Source: Squalus acanthias
Taxonomy: Eukaryota
Length of the DNA stretch: 64,000 bases
Direction: 5' to 3'
NCBI GenBank assembly: GCA_030390025.1
Contig: CM059433.1
Coordinates: 7,380,001 to 7,444,000 of the forward strand
The notes beneath the pieces are model-generated. The model ran no database searches. It had not been told where the DNA came from and worked only from the letters and a program-made list of their open reading frames with translations. The stretch's first letter is position 1. Each line of letters begins with the position of its first letter. Below are positions 25,586 to 38,170 of this stretch, piece after piece. A program made the translations under genes and the position numbers.

Positions 25586-26976
25586 CTTTGATTCTCTTGA
25601 TTATTTAAATATAGTGTCAGGCATATTAGCTAAACAAAAGACAATAAAAATGAAAGATTGTATAAATTTCAAAGCATTTGATCAGGAGGCCCTGGTTTCA
25701 TTCTTTTGCCCCAATGAGAACTTTTAAATCATTAAAGTATACTCAGCAATATCACTCTTAGCAATTTATTGTAGCCAGTGATAATCATAAAATGGATATA
25801 TAACAGAAACTGCTCAAATGTAAGGAGCAGAATGATGGGGCAACACAAACTGTTTCTATTGAATAACTGTTTACGTTCTCATGTGAACTCCTCAGTTGGA
25901 GTTATTTTCTTAAATTCAGAGAGAAATTCTCCACAATGACACTAAAATGTGTACAATATTACGTAATTGAATTTTGCTCATTCATACTTTTGGACCATGA
26001 AAACTACCATTAATACAGCAGATTACAGTAGCTAATATGGCAGTTCAACAGTTGAGTCCATAATTGCCATTTAACCAGCGCTGCGTGGATGGCGGTTTTA
26101 CCCTTTTGTGGTCTTCTTAAACCATAAATGTACTCCAACCCCCACCCCCCAAAAAAGTGTTGCCAGTGCAGAAGAGTTCCATTTAATACACTATGTAAGG
26201 TCTCTGCCTTTGTGGTAACAATTTAATTTATAATTTGTCAGGAAGGTTTTATAGTAGTCTAGATAGCAATGTACAAACATTGTGGAGTAACAGTTTAATT
26301 GAACAATACTGCCTTACTAAAATATAACTCATTATAACTCACCTGAAGTTATGTGCCCTGAAACCCTGCTTCTGAGCTGCCAATTATACATAACAGAGTG
26401 TATCTTTAAAATATTATATTCAGTTACAGAGGAGATAATTACATGGGAAGGAGATTTCTCTATCTCCTCTTACAACTCATTTTCTTCCCATTATCGTATT
26501 ACTCACATTATATGCCAACTTCTTTAGGGGAAAAAAACTCATCTTAAACCCAGACCACAAATACTGGTATAGAGGGGAGGTGATCCCAATAAAGTGAATT
26601 TGAGACAATCCTGGAAATTACAGAATAAGTGGCCCCTCCACTTTTGGTATTAGGACAATCCACAAAGTATCCAAAGTGGCCCATTTTGAGCAAGACAGAT
26701 GCAGGTTTGAACTAGCCAGTTATTGTGAAGGGGTCCCATCCTTCTTGCTTCATTCAGATCATAAGAATTTTTACATTTTTTATTTGAATTAGTAATTTAT
26801 AGCTTAATAATATTGTAACAAGTTTAAAAGTGTTTGTTGCCAGTCAGACTGATCCAGAAGACATGGTAGCCTATTCTGTTTCCAAAATAGAAATAATTCT
26901 TTGCTACAGAGCCACTGTTATTAAGCAAATCTTCTTAAGCTATTAAGCATTATACACCAGTAGTTTTAAAACTTAC

Positions 26977-27025
26977 ACTTGGCATTCCTGTTCATCATCC
27001 ACTTGAAAATGGTATGTTCTGTCAT
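26977..27025 (-). CDS. ASAP2: ASAP2 exon, PH (DRTYHFQVDDEQECQ)
   Basis: tag/gtaagt; 49 nt; in phase. Confidence 0.95.
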
Positions 27026-27832
27026 CTATACATGGACAAAAGAGATTGCAAATTTAAAATTCAAACCATTAGAAGTAAAGTGTTGCAAATCAGAAATCTG
27101 CTTTTATATACTGTTTTGAGTCCCAAAAGACAGACTTTCTGTGACGTTAACAGAAATTCTAAAGAATTATTTCAGGTTTCCTTAAAATATTTCAATCAAT
27201 TCAATCTTATGGAAATTCTTCATTATAAAATCTATCGACACTTTTCCAAACAAACTTGCATTTATAAGCAACATTAATGTAGAAAATGTCTCAAAGTTTA
27301 TCCCCTCCCCAGGAAAGAGTTTGCTGCCGCACCCTCCTCCCGCCCAAGTAGTTTCCCGGCATTGTTTCCCTTCATCCCTCCTCTCCTCATACTCTTCCTG
27401 TTTTCACCTCTTCCTCTTTCCCCATCTTCATCTTCACCCCCTTCCACTCCCCTCTTTGGGTCTAGTAATCTCTGATTTCTGAGCCTGCTTGATCTGAATA
27501 TTGCACTTGATCTTGACACCGAGTGAGTATCACCTTGGGAAATCGACTAGAATTTGAATATTTTACGGTAGGTAAAATATGTAGTTAGGGATATTTCACT
27601 TAATTTTTAAGCATAAAAATCTTCAATCAATAATTACATAGGAAATCGTATCTCCTCATGTTTTAATCAAATTAATAGTAGATTTATGCACAATTATATT
27701 TCTAATATTTTCTAAATAGCTATAGTTTTGCACAGCTTGTGAACATCCCTTAAATTAAGTCCCCATCTATGGAGGTATTTTCCTTGGATCTGATGCACAA
27801 GTAATTCAATTTTTTTTAATAAAAAAACATAC

Positions 27833-27920
27833 GTGATATGAGATCAAAACATTTTCTCTCTTCTGGATTTGCTTTCACCTGACACGTGAGTAGATTGAGC
27901 TTTGCTGGTGGTCTGTTAAC
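27833..27920 (-). CDS. ASAP2: ASAP2 exon, PH (VNRPPAKLNLLTCQVKANPEERKCFDLIS)
   Basis: tag/gtatg; 88 nt; in phase. Confidence 0.96.
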
Positions 27921-29626
27921 CTATGAGAAAAGCAGAAATGATTGAAAGCATTCAGAGGAAATTTTGCTAGAACTAGTACAAGCGTTGCATCCAAGTGTCA
28001 ACTACTGCACTGGCACTGCAAGTGACAGCATTTTATTACATGAAGTGCAAGCAATAAACCTTCCATGTTATACAATCAAAAGTATTCCTCTTTTGCACGC
28101 TGCCTAATATTACTATCCATTGATTTCAATGGAGAGTAAAATCGGGCAAGGTGTAAAACCAGCATCGCACCTGATGCCATCAGTTTCCCGACAGGCAGGT
28201 TACATTAAAATTGCCCCCAATGTCACACTGTCCATACTGGTAGAGGAAAAACTGACAGCTTGACTTGGATAAGTTGAATATACTAGTTGATCATAACATG
28301 CACAGCAGTCATGAAGAAATTCATAGCCCATACTGTACCAAAAGCACGGCTGAAGGAGCAAGTAGGGTAACAAGTAGATCAATGTTAAAATTAATGCACT
28401 CCCAACAGCTTTTCCCAAAGCAGATTTACTGCATCAAGAATTACATGAACATACTGCCATGAACTAACAAAATTGGGCATATTTCAGAGTCAACATGTTT
28501 AAATAAAGGATAGTCTCTTAGGTAAATAGTTTGTAATATTGAGACTTCTTCCTCTTTTAACCAAAAGCATGTTATTACAAAAAAGACAGTTTGAAACAGT
28601 AAATAAGATGAAATTATATTTACCATTCAAATACATTTTTGCATCCAGCTGCATTAATCTCACTAGTACAAGAAACTACATGCAGCTCACCTAAATGTCA
28701 TAATTAGATCACTGCAATTTTTGCCCTCTATTCCAAAAGCAGGGAAAAGCTTCAGAAGCTTTGAATTTTTCTGAATAACTGAGGTGTCCCCAAGGCAACA
28801 AATTGCCATGCTAAGGTTCTTTGCTTGTGTAAAAGGTGACTCATTTAGGTCAAATCTATTTTGTAATCAAGCAAAATATATTGGTTTTCAAAATATGAAA
28901 GGTTTTGATAGGCTCAATAATGAAAGATTGGTTGGTTAATCAGTGACAAGAGGCATACATTCAAGGTTATCAGGAAAAGACAAGATAAAAAAAGATTTTT
29001 TTATGCCTTATCATAATGAATGTTTAGCCATCAAGTTTCAATTTTTATTTCTCCCCACCTTTCAAATTTGCCCTGTACCACAAACAAGGCCTGAAGTTTA
29101 TTTATGGGAAAATAACTTAGAGAAAAAGTTTCCTCGTCTGTCTCACTTACAAAAAGGATCTGTTGATTATTAACCAAGAAAACATAACATACAGAAGTGT
29201 TGACCACTGGACTGCGAATAAAATGGTACTTTTAACATCAACATTCCAGTAGCTTAGTAGTTAAAATATTGGCTTCCGAACAAGATGCCTCAGGGCTGAA
29301 TCTGTCTACCATGACTGGAATAATTTTCAGAAATTCTCACTGGACTATGAGAAGTACTTCACAATAGTTCAGCATTCCCGTCTAGAGGGAACAACTGACC
29401 CTGCTCATCTGACCCTACTACAAGTGCACCTCGCATTAATTATGGAGAGACAATACCAATAATTGAGGAATATTTTGCAGCTTGGATCTTTCCACTTGCT
29501 CAGCTGAAGGCTCTTTGAAGCCCAGAGGCTTATTTTACCTCTCGCAAAAGAGAAGAACGGGCAAACTAATACACTATTAATTTAAAATCTTTCTGAATCT
29601 CTCATTCACTATTGTAACTACGTAAT

Positions 29627-31001
29627 CTCTCTCTCTCTCTCTCTCTTAGGCAGTCCCTCGGAACCGAGGATGACTTGCTTCCACATTAAAAATGAGTTCT
29701 CAGGTGGCTGATGAGTCCAATGCGGGACCTACAGTCTCTGTCACAGGTGGGGCAGACGGTGGTTGAAGGGCGGGTGGGTGGGGTGCTTGGGTTGACGTGC
29801 ACTCCTTGCGCTTGGCTTCCGCTTGCTCCCGGCGAAGAGAATTGAGGTGTTCAGCGCCTTCCCGGATGCTTCTCCTCCACTTTGTGCGGTCTTGGGCCAG
29901 GGATCCCCAGGTGTCAGTGGGGATGTTGCACTTTTTCCAAGGAGGCTTTGAGGGTGTCCTTGAAGCGTTTCCTCTGCCCACCTGGGGCTCTCTTGCCGGG
30001 TCGGAGCTCCGAGTAGAGCGCTTGTTTTGGGAGTCTCGTATCGAGCATGCGGACGACGTGACCCGTCCATCGGAGCTGATCGAGCATGGTCAAAGCTTCG
30101 ATGCTGGGCATGTTGGCCTGAGCAAGAACACAGACGTTGGTGCGCCTATCCTGCCAATGGATTTGCAGGATCTTGCAGAGGCAGCGTTGGCGGTTACCTC
30201 TCCAGTGCTTTGAGGTGCCTGCTGTACATGGTCCACGTCACTGAGGCATACAGCAGGGCAGGTATCACTGCTGCTCTGTAGACCATGAGCTTAGTGCCGG
30301 GTTTGAGGTCTTGGTCTTCAAACACTCTCTTCCTCAGGCGACCAAAGGCTGCACTGGCACACTGGTGTTGGACTTCATCATCGACATCTGCTCTTGTTGA
30401 CAGTAGGCTCCCGAGGTATGGAAAGTGGTCCACGTTGTTCAAGGCCTTGTCGTGGATTTTGATAATCGGGGGGGCAGTACTGTGTGGCGGGGGCAGGTTG
30501 GTAGAGGACCTTTGTCTTACGGATGTTTAATGTCAGGCCCATGCGCTCGTATGCTTCGGTGAAGGTGTGGACGATGGTTTGGAGTTCGACCTCCAAGTGA
30601 GCGCAGATGCAAGCGTCGTCTGCATACTGTAATTCGACGACAGAGGATGGGACGACCTTGGATCTGGACTGGAGGCGACGGAGGTTGAACAGTTTCCCGT
30701 TTGTTCTGTAAATTAGCTCTACTCCAGCGGGGAGCTTACGGAGGGTGAGATGGAGCATTGCAGCAAGGAAGATCAAGAAGAGCGTTGGTGCGATGACACA
30801 GCCTTGCTTGACCCCGGTCCGTACGTGAATTGGGTCTGTGGTGGAACCGTTGGTCAGGATCACGGCTTGCATGTCGTCGTGAAGCAGGCGGAGGATGGTG
30901 ACAAACTTTTGAGGGCAGCCGAATTTGAGGAGGACTCTCCATAATCCCTCATGGTTGACAGTGTCGAAGGCCTTTGTGAGATCAAAGGCAGCCATGTACA
31001 G
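29627..31001 (-). mobile_element. RTE-clade LINE, 5'-truncated
   Basis: FDLTKAFDTV, GVKQGCVIAPTLF, LQYADD, FPYLGS, QLRWTGHV, RLPKQALY; (GA)n tail; long flanking direct repeats. Confidence 0.92.
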
Positions 31002-31455
31002 CTAATACAACACTATTAATTTAATTTTTAAAAAATCTTTCTGAATCTCTCATTCACTATTGTAACTACGTAATACTTCATGTAGGAAAGCAGAAAACTC
31101 CAAATTTATCACCTCTAACTGCTTTATGATCAAGAATGCATTGTGCTGCCACAATTCTAACAAAAATTAATACACAATTTAGAAGTCAAATTACTGTGAG
31201 GACAATTCGACCTCCATGCTTGTGGATTACTCCCTTTCCCTGTCCCCAAGGATTTTCTCCCCTTCCTCTTTCAATGTCATACTTCTGTAGACAAGACACC
31301 AGGCACACAACCTACTTTCAGACAATCAATAATAGCATTCTTTAACTAGTCACAAATAGGCAAAAAATATCTGGGAGGACTCGCCTCTTGATTTTCTCAG
31401 GAGGTGCTCACTGCTCTTTATAGTCTCTTTACAGCAGGACATAGGAAACACAGTA

Positions 31456-31810
31456 CAGGAAACTCTCGTTTAAACGGCACCTAAATATCCGGAATTCTCT
31501 AATAACCGGCAGAATTCATACTCCGAAAACTACAGTATACAGTCGTTTATAAGTTTTGTTTTACTGTTAAGTAATTAAAGAGTTATGGATTACCCTCAAC
31601 TGGCATTACTGTACTTAATCAAGCATCTTCCACCATCCATTTAACACAACATTCAGTAGGGGAGTACCCAATTATACTGCACATTTCTTGATTTTTTTAT
31701 TTTTGTTTGTTAAAAATAGCCTCGGTAGATATACCTCTCCGTTATCCGGAATTTTTAATCAACCGGCACCATCCCGGTCCCGTCGGTGCCGGATACGAAA
31801 GAGTTTCCTG
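31456..31810. mobile_element. Tc1/mariner (pogo/Tigger-like) MITE
   Basis: About 26-bp TIRs CAGGAAACTCT...CGGCACC; TA TSD at 31454-31455 and 31811-31812. Confidence 0.85.
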
Positions 31811-32336
31811 TATATGGATGCGATAGTGGGTCCAAATTCCATGGTGCAGCCATTAGATACTTTGCCTCAGAATACATTAATCAAAGATGTAATTTCCAAA
31901 AGGAGCAACTGAAAGACTTTGATTTAATTTAGACCACAAATAATTTTCCCCCTCCTCTCCTAGGAGTAGCGACTCATGCTAGCATACAGTCCACAAATAC
32001 CGTCCTCCAATATCATACCCAAGTGTCCACTCTTTATGAGAGAGTAGACAGTTCTGGCAGTCAACTCAACTGCAGAAGGAATCATGGTCAAGTCCGATAG
32101 TGTTAATTTGATGACGACAGGCACACACTTTCATGAGAAGTCACTTATCTTGGATCAGCCGCAGAAATCTTGGCCCTTTCTCTCCCGTCTCTCCACTCCA
32201 TTCTGCTCAATTACAAGCAGCCTAATTTTGATCTCTCTACTGTTGAGATCAGCTAACTCAGGACAGAGTAGAAATTAATACTGGGACTTTCCAGGTATGA
32301 TCCAATGCCCCTACAGTTAACAATCAGTTGAAATCT

Positions 32337-32380
32337 TGCACCCTGTAGGGAATTTATGCACCCTGTAGGGAATTTATGCA
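32337..32380. repeat. Perfect 20-bp tandem duplication
   Basis: TGCACCCTGTAGGGAATTTA repeated 2.2 times. Confidence 0.9.
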
Positions 32381-32778
32381 ATCAGCCATTGGGACAGCTT
32401 TACTTAAATTTTCATAACATTTTTTATTCTACTTCCTTTCACAGAACTTTATAACAAAACAGTTATCGACACTCCCAATCTGCACTCGATGCAACTGCAC
32501 ATAATTATCTTGTTACTATGCAATATTTCTATTGCTGGTTTTTAGAAAAGATACTAGTACACCTCTAAATCTTGAAAAGAAACTGAAAAGACACTGATTT
32601 ATAAGTTACCTCAAATAAAACTGAAGTCATGAGACTCAGATACAATACTAGAAATCTGGTCCAATTTTCTAGAGAGCAGATTCTATTTTTTTTACATGAG
32701 CTCATCAAAAGAAAGCAACGAGCTGATATGAAAAAGTCTCCAATTCCTATGGTATGAAATACAAAATCGTCAACTTAC

Positions 32779-32848
32779 TGTTCCATGTGAAATTGTAAGA
32801 TAACCATTTTTTACTGTACACTTCCTTTTCTGCCACACTTTCCTGATT
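32779..32848 (-). CDS. ASAP2: ASAP2 exon, PH (IRKVWQKRKCTVKNGYLTISHGT)
   Basis: cag/gtaagt; 70 nt; in phase. Confidence 0.96.
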
Positions 32849-32887
32849 CTGGAAGAAAATACATTAACATTAAAATTTGCACATATT

Positions 32888-33593
32888 GGGGGAGAAATTG
32901 GCCTTCTTTGTGCCTCCCGTTAGCGCCTCTGGGGGGTGATAACGGGGCGCTAAAGGCTTACCAACCGGGCGCGGCGAAATTACAATGCCCGCGAACTTCC
33001 ATGGTGGGTTAGCACTGGCACTAAAACTTACCGCCTCGATCTCCTGCGCCCCGGAGATCGTGACGTCATCCGGTGTGCAGCGCCCTGTTATCGCCCTGGA
33101 TGTAAAATACGCTTCCGCCCCCTGCAGCATCGCCGAGCGTCAACAACGGCAGCTACAGGAGGCGTTGTCACCTCGGCTGGCCACTTGGGCAGTGCTAATT
33201 AAAGGCAGTGGTGGTCAGGTAGGCCAAAATTTAATAAAGTCCCCAGTATGCTATATTTTGATATTTTTCCAGCCCGCGATTGATCAGCCCTACACTCTGA
33301 GTGCTTGGGGCTGCTATGCACGTATCGCAGGTGCCGTCGACGACCATTCCCAGCCTTAGCCTTCAATGACCGCAGCATTAGCCCTTCGCTTTAAGGGAGG
33401 GAAGGAGCCTGTAAAACCGGCAACGCTGCACGGAACATTGTGCAGCGCTCTGCTGCTACCGCCCCTCTTGCTCCCTTTCGCGCTGCAATGGAAGTGGTAG
33501 CGCTTGATTTAGCGCTCCACTTTCCCCTTGGAGCACTAAACCGGAAGTTCCCGTCGGAATCAATTGTGTAGCTCCGACAAAAGTTAGCACCCT
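32888..33593. mobile_element. GC-rich MITE related to 17829 and 53398
   Basis: Starts GGGGGAGAAATTGG; right end uncertain. Confidence 0.65.
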
Positions 33594-33877
33594 TCATACT
33601 TTTTGGGAATACAACTTATTTTGAATGGAGGATAATTTTGAACCATTTGTGAACCTCTACATTTGAAATCATTAGGTTGCATCTCCAAAGCTGTTGGAAT
33701 CTCCGCACTACTGTTGGTTAGACCAGAAATATTTGTTTTTCCTGGGAGGTTTGATGGACCGTTGCTTTTGCGAGTTGGATGCCCCTTTGGGAGGAGGTCC
33801 CAAGATGAACTTAGAGAGTTTTTCAAGCATTTCTTAAAAGTGGCTCAACATTTTAGAAAAACAATCTTTTAACTTAC

Positions 33878-33981
33878 CCATCACTTTTTTTATACAGAGA
33901 CCCACATTTTTCCGTTCCATGTTCTTTGTTTCCCTGAGGCTGATGTAAGCTGTACATTGTGCTCTGGCGAACCTGCGAATC
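33878..33981 (-). CDS. ASAP2: ASAP2 exon, linker and PH start (DSQVRQSTMYSLHQPQGNKEHGTEKCGSLYKKSD)
   Basis: tag/gtaagt; 104 nt; in phase. Confidence 0.96.
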
Positions 33982-35247
33982 CTAAACAGAGTAATAATTT
34001 TATTACTCCTCAGTAGTCAATTTAAATAAGCTATCTTAATGGAAGACAAGAAGGGATGGTGAAGAGTTATACCTAAAACACTAACTCTGTTCTCTCCACT
34101 GATGCTGACTGATCTGCTGCATGTTTCCAGCATTTTCTGTTTTTGTTACAAGACAGGACGGTACTCCATTAACTACCAGTACCTAATTAATGCCACATCA
34201 CTTTCTTTCTTTATAATTCAAAATTAGTTAAACGTTTATAACTCTGTGAAGAACCACTAGGGGTATTTTATGCAGTTTGTATTTATCTACTCCAATATGG
34301 GCTAGTGCAGGTTGGAGCGCATCACAGGAGCGTACTTTCAACATAGGTAAAATTGAGTCATCACATGCAGCTCCACATAAATATTTGACAAACTGCAAAA
34401 AAGTGATTCTACATACTCATGATCTTCAGCTGAGATAAAAGGTACAAGTCTTATGGAGCTGTTTATAGCATGAGAAAGAACTACCATGATGTAGGTCTTA
34501 CATAGTTCAACATTTTTATTTCCTTCCCCTTAAAGAGGACTAGGCAAGATGATGCCATGTTAAAAAAAAACTGTCCTAGCCCATTGCAAGTTTTGATGCA
34601 GAGTGCATCCCAAAGCATCTGGTCTTCAACAATGTGATGCTTCCAAACCAGCACTGTAGTAGGAAGCTTACTTTGGTAACCTATCCAACCGCTGTTTATT
34701 GCAATTAAGACGCTGTAAGTATGCCACCATTAGTCAGCTGCAAATCACAAAAGTGGCTTTGATTTGCTATCAAAATTTCAGACAAGTATACAATTAAGAC
34801 TTGCTGATTTTGGATCGACATTATTTGCTTGTGGAAAAGAACCTGGACTCAAAAGATGAAAAGCACCAGCTTCATTTATAACACAAAAAGTCCCGAAGAT
34901 TAAAAACTAGATTTAACTATTGCAAGTAGATGGATCTGCAATTAACTAGCAAATGATGCCTGGCTATTTGCAGGGTATTATCACGTGTGCACCAACAAAC
35001 ATACAAGTTTAAAAATTACAGAGCAAAGTAATATAACAGTAATAAAATCCAAGGTCTAACACAGTAATATTTTGCTTTCTTTTTAATCGCAGAATACAGA
35101 TAACTCAAGCATAAAATATGTCTATATTAAGACAGCATGATCGAATAAGGCTTAAATACAAGAAATATCCTCTGACCAAAATTAAATGGCAAACTATCAA
35201 CAGGCAATATTTAATAACCAATCAGACAAAACACAAGAACAACTTAC

Positions 35248-35256
35248 TCTCCTAGA
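35248..35256 (-). CDS. ASAP2: Candidate 9-nt alternative microexon encoding SRR
   Basis: aag|TCTAGGAGA|gtaagt in the phase-0 intron between QKE and DSQ; upstream pyrimidine tract and TGC; I recall QKESRRDSQ isoforms of ASAP proteins. Confidence 0.85.
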
Positions 35257-35841
35257 CTTTGATCACAAAGGGTGATTGCATTTTGGAAGGAAACAAAATA
35301 TATCCTTTAGTTACAAGAAATTTAACAAAATCACATTAAGAATAGGTATAATATATTGTCTACCAAGTTTACAAAAGACTGGATGAAAGTTATACTGTAT
35401 TCTTATTATCTAATCAACCACTTCCACAAACAAATAGATCATAATCTACAGAGTATTTCAAACATCGCAGGCCTCAGAAATTCTCCACACATTATTTCTG
35501 GAGAATGATCTAGTTCCCTGCAAATTAAAGCACCTTGAGAATATATTTTACATTAAAGCATCAATTTTAAAACATTTGCAGTTCTTCTTCTCCTTTTTCA
35601 TAATCTTAAAAAAAAAATCTAGTTGCCAAACATCAATAACTATGATGGCACAGAAAAATGTTAATTCAATCCCTTCTAGTTGGCTCTGTTTAAAATATAG
35701 ATTTACTGATAACATTAGAGAAATATATTTTCCTTTGCCAAACTGGTCTATATGGATTTTTTAATGTTAACAATGTAGCTTAATTTCTTAAATCTTATTT
35801 AATCTCGAGGGTTAGTTCTATATTTAAGTGGATTTGAGCCA

Positions 35842-36110
35842 ACATAGGAATGAGAGTAGCCCACTCGGCCTCCAGAGCCTGTTGTCATTCAATTAGATCA
35901 TGGTTGATTTGTACCTCAACCACATTTACCCACCTTAGCTCCATATCCCCCAATACCCTTACCTAACAAAAATATATCAACCTCAGTCTTGAAAATTTCA
36001 ACTGACCCAGCATTGACAGCATTTTGTGGGAGAGTTCCAGATTTCCACTATCCTATGTGCGAAAAAGTGCTGACCAATTTCACTCCTAAATGGCCTAATG
36101 CTAATTTTAA
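35842..36110 (-). mobile_element. CR1 3' fragment
   Basis: FRSEIGQHFFAHRIVEIWNS; CR1 tail. Confidence 0.75.
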
Positions 36111-36310
36111 GAACATAGGGAAACCAAGTAAAAATTAACATACATATTATACAATGCATTTCTAGAGTTATAGATAGTGAAATGGTAGCCACCTAGAAGT
36201 GTAAAGTTGAAGAACGTGCGCTTTAGACACAGATATCAGTTCATTCAAGGCTGGTTAACCTATTAACCACATCTGGAAATAGCCGTTTATTGCTTAACCC
36301 TCAGGCAATC

Positions 36311-36637
36311 AAAGGAGGAAAGAGAAGGAGAGGCAGAGAGATTTAGAGAGAGAATTCCAGAGCTTAGAACCTAGGCAGCTGAAGGCACGACCGCCAATGA
36401 TGGAGCAATTAAAATCAGGGATGATCAAAAGGACAGAATAGGCCGATTGCAGAGATCTGGGGGAATTATAGGGCTGGGGGAGATTAGAGAGATAAGATGG
36501 GGCGAGGCCATGGAGGAATTTTAAAATCAAGGCGTTGCTTAACTGGGAGCCAATGGAGGTCAGCAAACACAGGTAAGCGGAACTTGGTGCGAGTTAGGAC
36601 ACGGGCGGCAGAGTTTTGGATGACCTCAAGTTTATTA
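36311..36637 (-). mobile_element. L2-type LINE ORF2 C-terminal fragment
   Basis: LHGLAPSYLSNL...GGRAFSCLGSKLWNSL. Confidence 0.8.
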
Positions 36638-36960
36638 GGATAGATATAAACATCAGGAATAGTTTCATTATTGTCTTTTCTTTATACTACTAAAACACAT
36701 TACATTCATTTCTATGTAAAATTGTGTCAAGAAATTTCTGTGCTTGCATTTCAGCAGTTTTTCCCCATCCACATTTATTTTAATCTTTGTAACAAATATA
36801 TTTCTATTCTACGTTTTCCAACATTCCTCCCCCCCTCTATTTTTCTGCCAGATTTCTTCCCTCCTTCTCACCTGAAGCCTGGGTATGGCTCTACATGTGC
36901 TAATCACCCTACATTAATCATCCAAATGAGCATTCTTCATGTGTAAACTTAGACAAAAGG

Positions 36961-37046
36961 GGCCTAGGTATTCCAAGCGTAACACCAACAGTAATCTATT
37001 CATTTTCAATTTGTTACCGTCGGCGTTACAATTGGAAAATCTAGCC
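36961..37046. repeat. Miniature inverted-repeat element, about 86 bp
   Basis: Imperfect arms of about 33 bp ending ...TTGGAAAATCTAGCC. Confidence 0.6.
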
Positions 37047-37959
37047 TAAAGTTTCAGCAAGCTATTGCATGAATGATTCAATGTCACACAATTATTTCTT
37101 TTCAGATCAAAGGACAATATTGCCTATATTTTTCATCACAGTGTCTGGGTCACACTCTAATTGTACCCAATGTGATCCCAGGTCTCTGAATAAGATCACA
37201 GTTGCAAACCATTCTGTGCTTTGGCATGTGGTGCTCCAACTTGCCTCCTGCTTCACCAGTGCCCAGAATTTGCGGTCCTGATGACAGCGAACTGGCAGCG
37301 TTCGGCGTCATTTCGCCTTTGAAACTGACCGCAACTTCAGGATTTAGCGCAGGTGCAGCCTAATGCGGAAATCCTGAAGTTGCAGTCTGCCATTCACTGC
37401 TCCTCCACAGGCTGTGCTGTGTGCCTCCCTCCTCCTCCTCCAACTGAGCCGGCAATCAGTGAAATCTCTCAAATCATGGAAATTGACGAAAACTTCAGTT
37501 CTTCCGCAGCAATTACGCTGTTACATACCCCATTAAAAGTTCAAAGTGATTATTTATGCGGCGTTTTTGATTCCCTTTGCGTATGCGCATTCGATCCTGT
37601 CGCACATGCGCAGTCCGATATATGAGGAAGCCGGAAGTAGGGTCGAGCCATGTTGCCAAGCCTGAAGCTGCTGCCATTGCCGCCTGCCTTGTCTGCTACT
37701 CAAGCCTGAGCCTTCTACTCGGGCTTTTGGGTTATTTTTCAAAAATCAATGACTATACTAAAGGAGCCTCCAGGACTTTTGCCTAGAATATCGCAGTGAT
37801 TATCTGCACGAACATTTTCGCGGCCTTCTGAGAGGGTGAGAAAATCGGAGGTGGGCGAGAGAGAGTGGGGCAGAGAGAGAGAAAGAGAGCCGACGGCTGG
37901 GAGGGAGGAGCCGGGGGGGGGGGAAGAGAGAGAGAGCCAAGGGGGGGGGGCAGAGAGGA

Positions 37960-38170
37960 AGGTCAGGAACTTGGGCGGGAGTAGGTGGTCAGAAACTTGG
38001 GTGTGGGGGGAGGGAAAGAAGAGTAGGTCAGGAACTTGAGCGGGGGCGGGGTGAGGAAGTCAGGAACTTGGCGGGTGGGGGGGGGGGGGGGGAGCAGAGG
38101 AGGTCAGGAACTTGGGCAGGGAGGAGGAGATCAGGAACATGGGTGGGGAGAGGGAGGAGGTCAGGAACTT
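37960..38170 (+). repeat. G-rich minisatellite with GGTCAGGAACTTG core, resuming at 40543-40570
   Basis: About 7 cores separated by G/A runs. Confidence 0.8.

Noticed and set aside
37960..38170. CRISPR-like repeat-spacer pattern
   Set aside because: Spacers are low-complexity G/A runs of variable length, the context is vertebrate, and there are no cas genes.
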